The notes beneath the pieces are model-generated. The model did no database searches. It was not told the origin of the DNA and was given only the letters and a program-made list of their open reading frames with translations. Of a DNA stretch of 64,000 nucleotides, positions 8,493 to 19,137 are shown one piece after another. Position 1 is the first letter of the stretch. The number at the start of each line of letters is the position of its first letter. The DNA comes from Bacteroidota bacterium. Its GTDB lineage: Bacteria; Bacteroidota; Bacteroidia; Bacteroidales; VadinHA17. The stretch covers positions 883-64,882 of the forward strand of contig JBAXXU010000010.1 in NCBI GenBank assembly GCA_037127735.1, in the 5' to 3' direction. The position numbers were made by a program, and so were the translations under genes.

Positions 8493-10853
8493 ATGAACTT
8501 TGAAGATCACACTAACAAGGGCTTTGGAAAACTTACCTCGGGAACCTCAATAAGAAGATTTATTGTCGGACTTGTAACTTTAGCAATAGCGATGATAGGT
8601 TTCTTTATTCAGAAGAATTCAAAATCATCAGAAGCAACGAAATTAAATCCTGTTGACCTCGTGAATCCTCTCATGGGAACTGACTCAGATTATAAATTAT
8701 CAAACGGTAATACTTATCCGGCAATAGCATTGCCATGGGGAATGAATTTCTGGACACCCCAGACCCGGAACATGGGTGATGGATGGGCCTATACCTACGA
8801 TGATAATAAGATAACGGGGATAAAGCAGACCCATCAGCCAAGCCCGTGGATAAATGATTATGCAGCGTTTTCTATTATGCCATTAACCGGCAGGATAAAA
8901 ACAAAAGAAAACGACAGGGCTTCCTGGTTCTCGCATAAGGCAGAAGTTGTAAAACCTTATTATTACAGTATCTATCTGGCCGATTATGATGTTACTGCCG
9001 AGGTGACTCCAACAGAAAGAGCAGCTATTTTCCGTTTCACCTTCCCTGAAAATGATTCCTCGTATATCCTCATTGACGCTTTTGATAAAGGTTCGATGGT
9101 GAAAATAATTCCTTCCGAACGAAAGGTCATTGGCTATTGCCGTAATAACAGCGGTGGAGTTCCTGCTAATTTTCACAACTATTTTGTAGCTGTTTTTGAC
9201 AGAGATTTTATATCAACCCACACCTGGCGCGGGGATACATTAAATTTTAACATTCTTGAAGCTGAAAGTGATCATGTTGGCGCGGTACTTGGATTTAAAA
9301 CAAAAAGAGGCGAAAAGATAAATGTTAAGATTGCCTCATCATTTATCAGCCCTGAACAGGCGCTTCTAAACCTGACCCGCGAAACGGACGGAAAAGATTT
9401 TGAAGCAGTAAAAAAAGAGGGAAAGGAAGCCTGGAACAAGCAACTAAACCGGATCGAAGTTGAAGGTGGTACTTTGGATCAGCAAAGAACATTCTATTCA
9501 TGTCTTTACAGGATGATTTTATTTCCTCGTCAGTTTTTCGAGATAAATGCTAAAAATGAAATTGTACATTACAGCCCTTATAACGGAGAAGTCCTTCCAG
9601 GCTATATGTTTACTGATAATGGTTTCTGGGACACCTTCAGGGCTCTGTTCCCGTTTTTTACCCTGATGTATCCCGATATCAACAGCAGAATTATGGAGGG
9701 GCTTGTTAATACTTACAAAGAGAGCGGATGGCTGCCGGAGTGGGCCAGTCCGGGCCATCGTAATTGCATGATTGGTTCTAATTCAGCATCCCTTATTGCA
9801 GATTCATATATCAAAGGTATAAGAGGTTATGATATAGAAACTCTATACCGGGCTATAATTAAAAATACAAAAGGCCCGGGACCGGTATCGTCTGTAGGTC
9901 GTCTGGGAGCAGATTATTATAACAACCTGGGTTATGTCCCTTATAATGTTGGTATTAACGAGAATGCAGCCCGCACGCTCGAATATGCCTACGCCGATTT
10001 TTGTATATGGCAGTTAGCTAAGACCTTAGGTAAACCACAGGATGAAATAGATCTTTATGCAAAAAGGGCAATGAATTATAAAAATGTTTTCGATGAAGGT
10101 CGTAAGCTTATGCGGGGCCGAAACCTCGATGGAACATTCCAGTCGCCGTTCAGTCCTTATAAATGGGGAGATGCATTTACTGAGGGTAACAGCTGGCATT
10201 ACACATGGAGTGTTTTCCAGGATGTGGAGGGACTTATTAACTTAATGGGAGGAAAAGAATATTTCATTTCAAAACTTGATTCTGTCTTCGAGGTGCCACC
10301 CGTTTTCGATTATTCATATTATGGCCAGGTGATCCATGAGATCCGTGAGATGCAGGTTTCAAATATGGGTAACTATGCACATGGCAATCAGCCGATTCAG
10401 CATATGATATACCTGTATAACTATGCCGGAGAACCATGGAAAACACAATTTCGGGTACGTGAAGTGCTCGATAAATTGTACAATTATACACCCGATGGTT
10501 ATTGTGGCGATGAGGATAACGGACAGACATCAGCATGGTATGTCTTTTCCTCTCTTGGTTTTTACCCTGTTACTCCCGGCACCGATGAATATGTTTTTGG
10601 ATCACCATTATTCAAAAAGGCAATACTGAATTTCGAAAATGGTAAGAAACTGGTAGTTGAAGCGGATGAAAACAGTAAGGAAAACATTTATGTTCAGAGT
10701 ATTAAATTGAACAGGAAAGTGATCAGTAATAATTTTATCAGACATAGCGACCTTAATAAGGGTGGAAAGCTTGTTTTTAAAATGGGCCCTGAACCTGAAA
10801 AAGAAAGAGGTACAAAAATAGATGATCATCCATATTCGATGAATAGGAAATAG
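8493..10853 (+). CDS. glycoside hydrolase family 92 (alpha-mannosidase-like)
   Basis: 786 aa with an N-terminal membrane anchor or signal. Sequence blocks GNTYPAIALPWGMNFWTPQT, GWLPEWASPG, EGNSWHYTW and GDEDNGQTSAWYVFS. Confidence 0.85.
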   Translation: MNFEDHTNKGFGKLTSGTSIRRFIVGLVTLAIAMIGFFIQKNSKSSEATKLNPVDLVNPLMGTDSDYKLSNGNTYPAIALPWGMNFWTPQTRNMGDGWAYTYDDNKITGIKQTHQPSPWINDYAAFSIMPLTGRIKTKENDRASWFSHKAEVVKPYYYSIYLADYDVTAEVTPTERAAIFRFTFPENDSSYILIDAFDKGSMVKIIPSERKVIGYCRNNSGGVPANFHNYFVAVFDRDFISTHTWRGDTLNFNILEAESDHVGAVLGFKTKRGEKINVKIASSFISPEQALLNLTRETDGKDFEAVKKEGKEAWNKQLNRIEVEGGTLDQQRTFYSCLYRMILFPRQFFEINAKNEIVHYSPYNGEVLPGYMFTDNGFWDTFRALFPFFTLMYPDINSRIMEGLVNTYKESGWLPEWASPGHRNCMIGSNSASLIADSYIKGIRGYDIETLYRAIIKNTKGPGPVSSVGRLGADYYNNLGYVPYNVGINENAARTLEYAYADFCIWQLAKTLGKPQDEIDLYAKRAMNYKNVFDEGRKLMRGRNLDGTFQSPFSPYKWGDAFTEGNSWHYTWSVFQDVEGLINLMGGKEYFISKLDSVFEVPPVFDYSYYGQVIHEIREMQVSNMGNYAHGNQPIQHMIYLYNYAGEPWKTQFRVREVLDKLYNYTPDGYCGDEDNGQTSAWYVFSSLGFYPVTPGTDEYVFGSPLFKKAILNFENGKKLVVEADENSKENIYVQSIKLNRKVISNNFIRHSDLNKGGKLVFKMGPEPEKERGTKIDDHPYSMNRK

Positions 10854-10913
10854 GGAGGTGTAAGTTTAAACTCGTTGCCAGAATTGCTGATGAGAGACAT
10901 TCTCCAAACTGTT

Positions 10914-12431
10914 TCACAATATCTTATCAGTTTGGGAAGATAATAACTTCTTCTTTGAAAATAATCGTGCCAGGAAAAATCCAACGAGAGTAATTGCAAG
11001 TGTGCCGAACACTATTGTCAGATTACTATGAAACGGACTCCTGAATGCAAGTAGATTTCCTTTTGTAAAATATATAGGCGACAGACTCATCCAGATGATA
11101 ATCAAGGCTCCGACAATCACTCCCATAACAGCATCAATATTGCGTACCTTCTTTGAAAGATATCCCAGAAGAAATAACCCAACCATTCCGCCGCTAAAAA
11201 TTGAGGCAAGACTCCACCATGCATCCAACACGCTTCTAACACCAACCAGAGACAAAGCTATAGACACTCCCAAAGCGCCAAATATCAATGAGGAGCTATA
11301 AAGTATCTTCATTGATGATTTTTCATTCGCCTCTTTGTTAAAATATCGTTTATAATAGTCAGATAAGATAATTGTGGCAACGCTGTTTATACTCGTGGAT
11401 ACTGTGCTCATTCCTGCTGCAAATATTGATGCTATTAAAAGTCCGGTTACACCTGCCGGAAGACTATTCGCGATGAAATAGGGAAAAACTTTGTCTCCGG
11501 CGCCCGGAACATTAAGTTCAGCAGGCAGTAAACCGGGTTGTGCATTATAATATGCAAAGAGCGCTGTGCCTATATAAAAGAAAACAATTGATACAGGTAT
11601 ATACAGTAGTGATCCAAACAAAGCAGAAGATTTTGCCTCCTTTTCAGAACCGGTTGTCATATAGCGCTGCACGTAGTTCTGATCGATACCGTAATTCTGG
11701 AGATTAATAAAAAGGCCATAAACCAGCACCACCCAGAAAGTTGAATCTGCCAGGCTGGTTCCAAAACTTCCCAGGCTGAATTTATGGCTGGCAGCAGCAA
11801 TTTCGAAAATCTGCCGGGGTCCTTCCGGCATTGAGAATGTCAATATGACTGCACAAATTATTGCACCTGCAATAAGTATTATTCCCTGAACAGCATCTGT
11901 CCAGATAACGGCCTGTATTCCACCGAGCATCGAATAAACGGTTACAGCAAGTCCTGTGACAATTATTATTGTTTTTACATTCCACCCGAACAAGGCATTA
12001 ACAGGTAAAGCAAGCAATAAAAGGATAGCTCCGGTGCGCATAAGCTGGGTTAACATATAACATGTTGAAGCATAAATTCTTGCCCAGGCTCCAAAACGAA
12101 CTTCAAGGTAATTATATGCCGAAATACTTCCAAGACCCCGGTAAAGAGGAACAAAAAATTTAACTGCAAGAATTGAAGCTACCGGAATTGAAAGGCTGAA
12201 TACAAAAGCATTCCAGTTCGACATATATGCTTTCCCGGGCAGGGCTAAAAAACTTATACTGCTGACAAAGGTTGCAAATATCGACATCCCGACTATCCAT
12301 GCAGGTAATTTGCCACCACCGGCAGTAAATTGGGCTGAAGTTTTATTCTTAAAGAAAAAGCTGGCCCCAAAAACTACATTTCCGAAGGTTAAAACAATAA
12401 AGACGATAAGATCCAGAAGCTTCAATTTCAT
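10914..12431 (-). CDS. sodium:solute symporter family transporter
   Basis: 505 aa, polytopic membrane protein with SSF-like N-terminal blocks (GGKLPAWIVGMSIFATFVSSISFLALPG). Confidence 0.8.
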   Translation of the reverse strand: MKLKLLDLIVFIVLTFGNVVFGASFFFKNKTSAQFTAGGGKLPAWIVGMSIFATFVSSISFLALPGKAYMSNWNAFVFSLSIPVASILAVKFFVPLYRGLGSISAYNYLEVRFGAWARIYASTCYMLTQLMRTGAILLLLALPVNALFGWNVKTIIIVTGLAVTVYSMLGGIQAVIWTDAVQGIILIAGAIICAVILTFSMPEGPRQIFEIAAASHKFSLGSFGTSLADSTFWVVLVYGLFINLQNYGIDQNYVQRYMTTGSEKEAKSSALFGSLLYIPVSIVFFYIGTALFAYYNAQPGLLPAELNVPGAGDKVFPYFIANSLPAGVTGLLIASIFAAGMSTVSTSINSVATIILSDYYKRYFNKEANEKSSMKILYSSSLIFGALGVSIALSLVGVRSVLDAWWSLASIFSGGMVGLFLLGYLSKKVRNIDAVMGVIVGALIIIWMSLSPIYFTKGNLLAFRSPFHSNLTIVFGTLAITLVGFFLARLFSKKKLLSSQTDKIL

Positions 12432-12553
12432 TCCGGTAGTTCCCTAAAAGTTAAAAGTATGTGAATGATCATCTGAGTGTTTCATTCATTTCAGGAACAT
12501 ATTGCTCTTACAAAATCCCGGGATCCTTTTTATTGAGCCCGGGATATTTTTCG

Positions 12554-12628
12554 GGTGGAAGATGGGGTTCGAACCCACGACCTTCGGAACCACAATCCGA
12601 CGTTCTAACCGACTGAACTACATCCACC
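12554..12628 (-). tRNA. tRNA-His (anticodon GTG)
   Basis: Manual cloverleaf fold: encoded G-1 pairs with discriminator C73, D-arm GTTC/GAAC, anticodon stem TCGGA/TCCGA with loop TTGTGGT, T-arm GTGGG-TTCGAAC-CCCAT. No encoded CCA. Confidence 0.9.
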
Positions 12629-12707
12629 GTTTCAGAAGTGCAAAATAAGGTCAAAATTTCTATTTCACAAAATTTTAATTTTATTTTCTCATACTGAAGT
12701 CAATTAC

Positions 12708-12715
12708 TACCTTTG
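12708..12715 (+). promoter_or_regulatory. candidate Bacteroidota -7 promoter box (TAnnTTTG) for the flippase-like gene
   Basis: tacctttg, followed by a perfect 7-bp hairpin GGTTCAT-gaaaaa-ATGAACC (12718-12737). Gene start is at 12803. Confidence 0.35.
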
Positions 12716-12802
12716 AGCGGTTCATGAAAAAATGAACCTTCCTGCACAATTTTTTAACAGAAAGGGTGTTATCAGGGAGAATTTGATAGTTTTAGTTCTG
12801 TT

Positions 12803-14152
12803 TTGAGAAAATTAAAATTAATAGACAATATTTCGGGGCTGCAACTTTTTCAGTTGATGAAACCTGTTGTATTCCTGATTATAAGTATAGTTTTTACAAA
12901 AAGCCATCTTACCCGGGCCGAGATCGGGCAATGGGAGATGTTCATGTTTATTGCAGGCCTGATGACTTTTTTCTGGGTAACCGGTATCATCCAGTCACTG
13001 CTGCCTCTTTACCACAGGAATAAAACATACCGGAAGTTTGGCGATAACGGAACTTCAAAATCACCGGAGATATTTAACGCATTTCTTTTGTTGTGCTTTT
13101 TCAGTTTGTTTTTTTTTATTCTTGGTCATTCATTAAAAAACAATTTCTCGGTTTTTCATTTCTCAGGTAATGTTCCATATATTAACCTGTTATTACTTTA
13201 CATACTTTTAAGTAGTCCCGTATGTCTTATTGAGTATATTTATCTTCTTAACAACAGATCATACCGAATCTTCCAATATGGTGTTTATACCTTTACAGCA
13301 CAACTGATCCTTATTATTACACCTTTATTACTTGGTAAAGACATAATCTGGTCAATCTGGGGATTACTTGCGATAACCGGTGTCAGATGGGTATGGTTGA
13401 TAGTACTGTTACGCCGCTACACCGAAATGAAGATATCTGTTGAGTTCATGAAGGAACATCTCTACCTCGGTGTCCCTTTAATTTTAACATCACTTATCAG
13501 TGGTTCGGCCCAATATACCGATGGGGTTATTGTTTCGGCTGTTTACAGGGACCCGGCAATGTTTGCATGGTTCCGTTATGGCGCTAAGGAGTTTCCTCTT
13601 GTTCTTATGCTGGCAAACGGACTAAGCAATGCAATGCTCCCTGAATTTTCCACCCGCGAGAGAATGAAAGAATCACTTGCAAAAATCAGGGTCAAATCAA
13701 AAAAACTGATGCATTTTCTGTTCCCTATGGCTATGCTTATGATGCTTTTTTCAAAATGGATTTACCCCAGGATGTTCAACCCCGAATTTCAAAAAAGCGC
13801 GGATATTTTCCTTATCTATTCTTTACTGATTATTCCCAGGCTCATTTTTCCTCAGACAGTTATTGTCGGCAGGAAAAAAACTCACATCTCACTTATTGCA
13901 GCAATTCTTGAACTTGCAATAAATATTCCATTAAGCCTTCTTATGATTAAGTGGGGTTATAATATTGTAGGTGTTGCCCTTTCAACTTTCATAGTTTATA
14001 CAATCGGGAAAGTTTTCCTTGTGGGATACCTGTGGATTAAAATGAATATTAAACCATCTGAATATATTCCGGTAAGACTTTATGCATTTTATTCCATTCT
14101 TATTGGTATTCTATTTATTCTCATAGACCACGGGATAATCTATATACATTAA
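12803..14152 (+). CDS. polysaccharide/oligosaccharide flippase-like membrane protein (MOP/Wzx-like)
   Basis: 449 aa, about 12 predicted hydrophobic segments, TTG start in the ORF track. Call is based on architecture only. Confidence 0.5.
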   Translation: MRKLKLIDNISGLQLFQLMKPVVFLIISIVFTKSHLTRAEIGQWEMFMFIAGLMTFFWVTGIIQSLLPLYHRNKTYRKFGDNGTSKSPEIFNAFLLLCFFSLFFFILGHSLKNNFSVFHFSGNVPYINLLLLYILLSSPVCLIEYIYLLNNRSYRIFQYGVYTFTAQLILIITPLLLGKDIIWSIWGLLAITGVRWVWLIVLLRRYTEMKISVEFMKEHLYLGVPLILTSLISGSAQYTDGVIVSAVYRDPAMFAWFRYGAKEFPLVLMLANGLSNAMLPEFSTRERMKESLAKIRVKSKKLMHFLFPMAMLMMLFSKWIYPRMFNPEFQKSADIFLIYSLLIIPRLIFPQTVIVGRKKTHISLIAAILELAINIPLSLLMIKWGYNIVGVALSTFIVYTIGKVFLVGYLWIKMNIKPSEYIPVRLYAFYSILIGILFILIDHGIIYIH

Positions 14153-14199
14153 AAGGCTATAGGCTTCAGGCAGTAGGTAACGGGCCAAGAGCTTCCTGT

Positions 14200-14234
14200 T
14201 TCCGACTTCCGACTTCCGACTTCCGACTTCCGAC
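14200..14234. repeat. perfect heptamer tandem repeat (TTCCGAC)x5
   Basis: ttccgac occurs five times without interruption and is followed by ttttt. It lies in the intergenic region between the flippase-like gene and the 394-aa gene. Confidence 0.95.
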
Positions 14235-14328
14235 TTTTTGTTATAATAATCTGACTATATTTGCACCGAATACCCGATGAACTATTTAAATTATTCAACA
14301 AATAGCTGAACTTCACGCGACTAATATC

Positions 14329-15513
14329 ATGCATGTAATTGAGGTCATATCAAAACACGATAAAAAGGAGTTTGTAAATTTCCCAAAAGGATTATACAGA
14401 GGGGATCCTTTTTGGATTTGTCAGCTTGATTCAGTTATCGAATCTGTTTTTGATCCTGCAAAGAATCACACTTTTGGTCACGGTGAAGCAATACGCTGGA
14501 TTCTGAAAGATGATAATGAAAATACCATAGGCAGATTAGGAGCTTTTATCGATCGCGTCAGGTCTTCTGCCAATAGCCAGCCGACAGGAGGTATTGGATT
14601 CTTTGAAGTTACAGAAAACCGGGAAGCAGCTTTCAAACTTTTTGATACCGCGAAGGAATGGCTTGTATCAAGGGGAATGGAAGCAATGGACGGTCCCATT
14701 AATTTCGGTGAGAACGATAATAACTGGGGTTTACTTGTAGATGGGTTCATACAACAGGGATTCGGAATGCCATATCATAAAAAGTACTACAGGGCCTACT
14801 TCGAAGAGTATGGATTTAAAAACTATTTTGATCAATATTCATACCACAGGGATGTTCGTGGGACAGATAACAAGATTGTAGAATTTCCTGAACGGATCAT
14901 GAAAATTGCCGATTGGCTATATAAAAGACCCGGTTATTCATTTCACCATTTTGAAATCAGAAACAAAGAAAAGTATGTAAAAGATATTGTTGAGATTTAC
15001 AACTCAACATGGTCGGTTTTTAAAGAAGATTTTACGCCTCTCGATCCTGCATTTCTTAATGAATCACTTAAAAAGGCAAAAGTAATCCTCGATGAAGAAC
15101 TTATATGGTTTGCATATTTTAATGATAAACCGATAGCATTTTTTATCCTTTTCCCGGATATGAACCAGATACTTAAACATTTTAACGGGAAACTATATCT
15201 CTGGAATATAATACAATTCGCATATTACATGGCAACACATGAGATGACCAGAATGAGAGCCATTGTCGGAGGCGTTCATCCATCGTATCAGAACAGTGGT
15301 GTCGAGTCCGCGATCTTCCTGCAACTTTACAAAGTATTTAAAAAGAAACCCTGGTTTAATGAACTGGAACTATCATGGGTTGGAGATTATAATCCCAAAA
15401 TGATCGCAATTTATGAGGCTCTGGGTGCAAAAAAAGCAAAAACGCATGTTACTTACAGATATTTAATCAATAATAAGCTGCCTTTTATAAGATATAAGGA
15501 CGAAATGGCTTAA
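14329..15513 (+). CDS. conserved hypothetical protein, possibly a GNAT-like acyltransferase
   Basis: 394 aa with blocks PKGLYRGDPFWICQLD, QPTGGIGFFE and MEAMDGPINFGEND. Assignment is from memory of a Bacteroidota family and is not verified. Confidence 0.4.
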   Translation: MHVIEVISKHDKKEFVNFPKGLYRGDPFWICQLDSVIESVFDPAKNHTFGHGEAIRWILKDDNENTIGRLGAFIDRVRSSANSQPTGGIGFFEVTENREAAFKLFDTAKEWLVSRGMEAMDGPINFGENDNNWGLLVDGFIQQGFGMPYHKKYYRAYFEEYGFKNYFDQYSYHRDVRGTDNKIVEFPERIMKIADWLYKRPGYSFHHFEIRNKEKYVKDIVEIYNSTWSVFKEDFTPLDPAFLNESLKKAKVILDEELIWFAYFNDKPIAFFILFPDMNQILKHFNGKLYLWNIIQFAYYMATHEMTRMRAIVGGVHPSYQNSGVESAIFLQLYKVFKKKPWFNELELSWVGDYNPKMIAIYEALGAKKAKTHVTYRYLINNKLPFIRYKDEMA

Positions 15514-15591
15514 AACCAATGATTTAAACAAGATCATTCACGATAAGATCAATAATTTTGCAATTCCTTTTGTATTTTAAATAATGTTAAC

Positions 15592-15599
15592 TAATTTTG
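15592..15599 (+). promoter_or_regulatory. candidate -7 promoter box (TAnnTTTG) for rpmE2
   Basis: taattttg lies 57 nt upstream of the ATG. A second identical box is at 15553-15560. Confidence 0.4.
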
Positions 15600-15655
15600 C
15601 AAACCCTAATTGGGGAGAATTTATCAGGATTATTAAGGACAAAAAATATTGAACA

Positions 15656-15919
15656 ATGAAAAATGGAATTCATCCGGGCAATTACAGGTTTGTAGTATTT
15701 CAGGATATGTCAAATGGGTATGGTTTTCTTAGTAAGTCAACGGCGCCCTCCAAAGAGAACATTAAATGGGAAGATGGAAATGAATATCCGCTTATCAAGC
15801 TTGAGATTTCCAATACTTCTCATCCCTTCTATACCGGTAAAATGAAACTTGTTGATACTGCCGGAAGGGTTGATAAATTTATGAATCGTTATAAAGATCA
15901 TGTTGGAAAGAAGAAATAA
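15656..15919 (+). CDS. rpmE2: 50S ribosomal protein L31, type B
   Basis: 87 aa, [17 protein letters not shown]...HPFYTGK...[10 protein letters not shown]. It has no CxxC zinc motif. Confidence 0.9.
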   Translation: MKNGIHPGNYRFVVFQDMSNGYGFLSKSTAPSKENIKWEDGNEYPLIKLEISNTSHPFYTGKMKLVDTAGRVDKFMNRYKDHVGKKK

Positions 15920-15940
15920 TTGTTAAAATATAAGATACTT

Positions 15941-15970
15941 AAGCCCTCTATCACGGGGGCTTTTTGTTTT
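15941..15970 (+). terminator. intrinsic terminator after rpmE2
   Basis: 8-bp stem aagccctc/ggggggctt (15941-15948 with 15955-15962, one G.U pair), 6-nt loop, then tttgtttt. Confidence 0.6.
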
Positions 15971-16031
15971 ATATATTCTGTGGCACAATCATTGCATAGC
16001 ACTCTTTCATGTTGTTTGTAAAAATATTATG

Positions 16032-16039
16032 TAATTTTG
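16032..16039 (+). promoter_or_regulatory. candidate -7 promoter box (TAnnTTTG) upstream of lon
   Basis: taattttg. This would place the A-rich heptamer array in a roughly 150-nt lon leader. Confidence 0.3.
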
Positions 16040-16052
16040 ACATTCCACAGTT

Positions 16053-16112
16053 AAAGACAAAAGATAAAAGACAAAAGACAAAAGATAAAAGACAAAAGTA
16101 CAAAGATAAAAG
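16053..16112. repeat. A-rich heptamer tandem array, 8.5 units (AAAGACA/AAAGATA)
   Basis: aaagaca aaagata aaagaca aaagaca aaagata aaagaca aaagtac aaagata aaag. Confidence 0.9.
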
Positions 16113-16191
16113 TGATCCCGGCCAGAAGGAGTTTTAAGTCACTCTTCCACGGGATTCGGATTTAGCGAAATGTAAGGAGTAAAATACACAG

Positions 16192-18654
16192 ATGGAAAAA
16201 AAATTCAGAAAACCGGCCAGCGAGATATTACTTCCGGATATTCTTGATGGAGACGGAGATATAATCCCTATTATTGCCGACGGTGATGATCGTGAACTTG
16301 AAGAGGTAGAGGTTCCGGAAACTATTCCGATACTTTCACTAAGGAATACTGTACTTTTCCCAGGGGTGGTTCTGCCAATTTCCATTGGTCGTCCCAAATC
16401 AATTCAACTGATAAAAGATGCATACCGAAACAACAAGATAGTTGGCACAGTTGCGCAAAAAGATCCTGATACTGAAAACCCCGATTTTCAGGACCTTCAT
16501 TCCGTAGGCACAATTGGTCAGATTGTAAAGCTTCTTGAGATGCCCGACGGATCAACAACAGCTATCATACAGGGGCGTAAAAAAATGGTGTTAAATGAGC
16601 TTGTATCAGATAATCCCTATTTTGTTGCGACGGTCAGAACAATATCTGAAATAAAACCGTCGATACTGAGCCGGGATTTTGATGCTATAGTAGGCTCTCT
16701 GAAAGATCTGTCGCTTAAGATTATTAAGATCAATCCGAATATAAGCCCTGAAGCCTCATTCGCCATAAAAAACATAGAGAATAATACTTATCTTATAAAT
16801 TTCATTTGCTCCAATACCGATATTAAAGTTCAGGATAAACAAAAGCTGTTGGAAATGAACAGCTTACGCGACAGAGGTTTTATGCTGCTCGAGTTCCTTG
16901 TACAAGAGATCCAGGTTCTGGAGCTTAAGAATGAATTGCAGTCAAAAGTTAAAAGCGACCTCGATCAGCAACAACGGGAATTCCTTCTTCATCAGCAGAT
17001 GAAAACCATTCAGAATGAGCTGGGAGGTAATCCGGTTGAAAAGGAAATTGAAGAATACAGGAAAAAAGCCGGAACAAAAAAATGGAATGATGATGTCAAA
17101 AAGGTATTCAATAAGGAACTCGATAGACTCCATCGTCTCAACCCTGCCGCTGCCGAGTATTCTGTCCAGGTAAATTATATTCAAACCCTTTTGGACCTGC
17201 CCTGGAACTTATACACACAGGATAACCTTGATCTTAATAATGCCCGTAATGTTCTCGACTGTGATCACTTCGGCCTCGATGAGGTTAAAGAGCGAATACT
17301 TGAGCACCTTGCTGTTCTTAAGCTTAAAGGGGATCTTAAATCACCTATTCTCTGCCTATATGGACCTCCGGGTGTGGGAAAGACTTCTCTTGGAAAATCT
17401 GTGGCCAAGGCCCTCGACAGAAAGTATGTCAGAATGTCACTTGGCGGTTTGCACGATGAGGCAGAAATAAGAGGCCATAGAAAAACATATATTGGCGCCA
17501 TGCCCGGACGAATAATTCAGAATATCAAAAGAGCCGGCACCTCAAACCCGGTTTTTATTCTGGATGAGATTGATAAAGTTGGACAGGATTTCAGAGGTGA
17601 CCCTTCTTCAGCTTTGCTCGAAGTTCTTGACCCGGAACAGAACAGTACCTTCTTCGACAATTTTCTTGAAATGGAATATGATTTGTCAAAAGTGCTGTTT
17701 ATCGCTACTGCAAATAATCTGGCTACTATTAGTCCTGCTCTCAGGGACAGGATGGAACTGATTGAAATTACCGGTTATCTTGTCGAGGAGAAGCTTGAGA
17801 TAGCAAATCGGCACTTATTCCCAAAACAACTTGAAAATCATGGCGTAAAGCAGGATCAGATCACCATTGATAAAAAGGTGATGGAAATGGTAATCGAAAA
17901 ATACACCAGAGAGTCCGGTGTAAGGGAACTTGATAAACGTCTGGCTAAAATTGTCAGAGTTACAGCAAAGAATATTGCTTCCGAAACAAAGTATGACCCG
18001 GCTCTTTCGCAAGCAATTCTGAATGAGATGTTAGGACCTCCGAAATATACCAGGGACCTTTATTCCGGGAATGATCAGGCTGGCGTTGTTACAGGGCTTG
18101 CCTGGACTGCAGCAGGAGGAGAAATATTGTTTGTGGAAACAAGTCTCAGTAAAGGTGCAGGCAAGCTGACCCTGACAGGCAATCTTGGAGAGGTAATGAA
18201 AGAATCGGCTGTAATTGCTCTTGAGTACCTGAAATCAAATGCAGAGATGCTCGATTTGCCAGATAATTTCTCTGAAAAATGGAATATTCATATACATGTT
18301 CCTGAAGGCGCAATTCCAAAAGACGGACCCTCTGCCGGTGTAACCATGGCGACATCCATCGCCTCGGCATTCACACAGAGAAAAGTAAAAAAATTCCTGG
18401 CAATGACAGGTGAAATAACACTGAGAGGAAAAGTTCTGCCTGTTGGTGGTATTAAAGAAAAAATTCTCGCTGCTAAAAGAGCAAGTATAAAGGAGATAAT
18501 AGTATCAGAAGAGAACAGAAAAGATGTGGAAAACATTAAGGAAATATATATCAGCGGATTAAAATTTCATTATGTTAAAACAATCATGGGCGTACTTGAA
18601 CTTTCATTACTTAATCAAAAAGTGAAAAACCCGAAAAAGATATCATTCGAATGA
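16192..18654 (+). CDS. lon: ATP-dependent Lon protease (endopeptidase La)
   Basis: 820 aa with Walker [10 protein letters not shown] and the protease Ser motif [13 protein letters not shown]. Confidence 0.97.
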   Translation: MEKKFRKPASEILLPDILDGDGDIIPIIADGDDRELEEVEVPETIPILSLRNTVLFPGVVLPISIGRPKSIQLIKDAYRNNKIVGTVAQKDPDTENPDFQDLHSVGTIGQIVKLLEMPDGSTTAIIQGRKKMVLNELVSDNPYFVATVRTISEIKPSILSRDFDAIVGSLKDLSLKIIKINPNISPEASFAIKNIENNTYLINFICSNTDIKVQDKQKLLEMNSLRDRGFMLLEFLVQEIQVLELKNELQSKVKSDLDQQQREFLLHQQMKTIQNELGGNPVEKEIEEYRKKAGTKKWNDDVKKVFNKELDRLHRLNPAAAEYSVQVNYIQTLLDLPWNLYTQDNLDLNNARNVLDCDHFGLDEVKERILEHLAVLKLKGDLKSPILCLYGPPGVGKTSLGKSVAKALDRKYVRMSLGGLHDEAEIRGHRKTYIGAMPGRIIQNIKRAGTSNPVFILDEIDKVGQDFRGDPSSALLEVLDPEQNSTFFDNFLEMEYDLSKVLFIATANNLATISPALRDRMELIEITGYLVEEKLEIANRHLFPKQLENHGVKQDQITIDKKVMEMVIEKYTRESGVRELDKRLAKIVRVTAKNIASETKYDPALSQAILNEMLGPPKYTRDLYSGNDQAGVVTGLAWTAAGGEILFVETSLSKGAGKLTLTGNLGEVMKESAVIALEYLKSNAEMLDLPDNFSEKWNIHIHVPEGAIPKDGPSAGVTMATSIASAFTQRKVKKFLAMTGEITLRGKVLPVGGIKEKILAAKRASIKEIIVSEENRKDVENIKEIYISGLKFHYVKTIMGVLELSLLNQKVKNPKKISFE

Positions 18655-19133
18655 AGAAATTGGCAGTTTTCCCGGGATCCTTCGATCCCTTCACAATCGG
18701 ACATGAAGCAATTGTCAGAAGAGCGCTGAGCCTGTTTGACGGGATAATTATTGCAGTTGGTGGCAATGCTTTGAAAAAAAGCTTCTATTCACTTGCAACA
18801 AGGGAAGAGATGATAGCAAAAGTTTTTCAGAATGAACCAAGAGTAAGAGTTGATCATTATGAAGGACTTACTGTTGATTATTGTAAAAGAAACAGCGCCG
18901 GTTATCTCCTGAGGGGACTAAGAACAGCTGCTGATTTTGAATTTGAAAGAGCTATTGCTCAGGTAAATAAGGTAATGGCCCCTGGCACAGAATCGGTTTT
19001 TCTTCTTACAGTACCAGAGCATAGCCATATTAATTCAACTATTGTTCGCGATATTATCAGAAGCGGAGGCGATGCTTCCATGTTTGTCCCTGCTGCAATT
19101 GATCTTAAAGATTATAAGGGGGAAGAGGAATAG
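18651..19133 (+). CDS. coaD: phosphopantetheine adenylyltransferase
   Basis: 160 aa with FPGSFDPFTIGH. Overlaps lon by 4 nt. Confidence 0.95.
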   Translation: MKKLAVFPGSFDPFTIGHEAIVRRALSLFDGIIIAVGGNALKKSFYSLATREEMIAKVFQNEPRVRVDHYEGLTVDYCKRNSAGYLLRGLRTAADFEFERAIAQVNKVMAPGTESVFLLTVPEHSHINSTIVRDIIRSGGDASMFVPAAIDLKDYKGEEE

Positions 19134-19137
19134 ACCA

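Noticed and set aside
16053-16112. The heptamer arrays (also 6741-6795, 14200-14234, 47384-47423) as CRISPR arrays
   Set aside because: The units are 7 bp, contiguous and without spacers. There are no cas genes and no 25-40-bp repeats separated by unique spacers.
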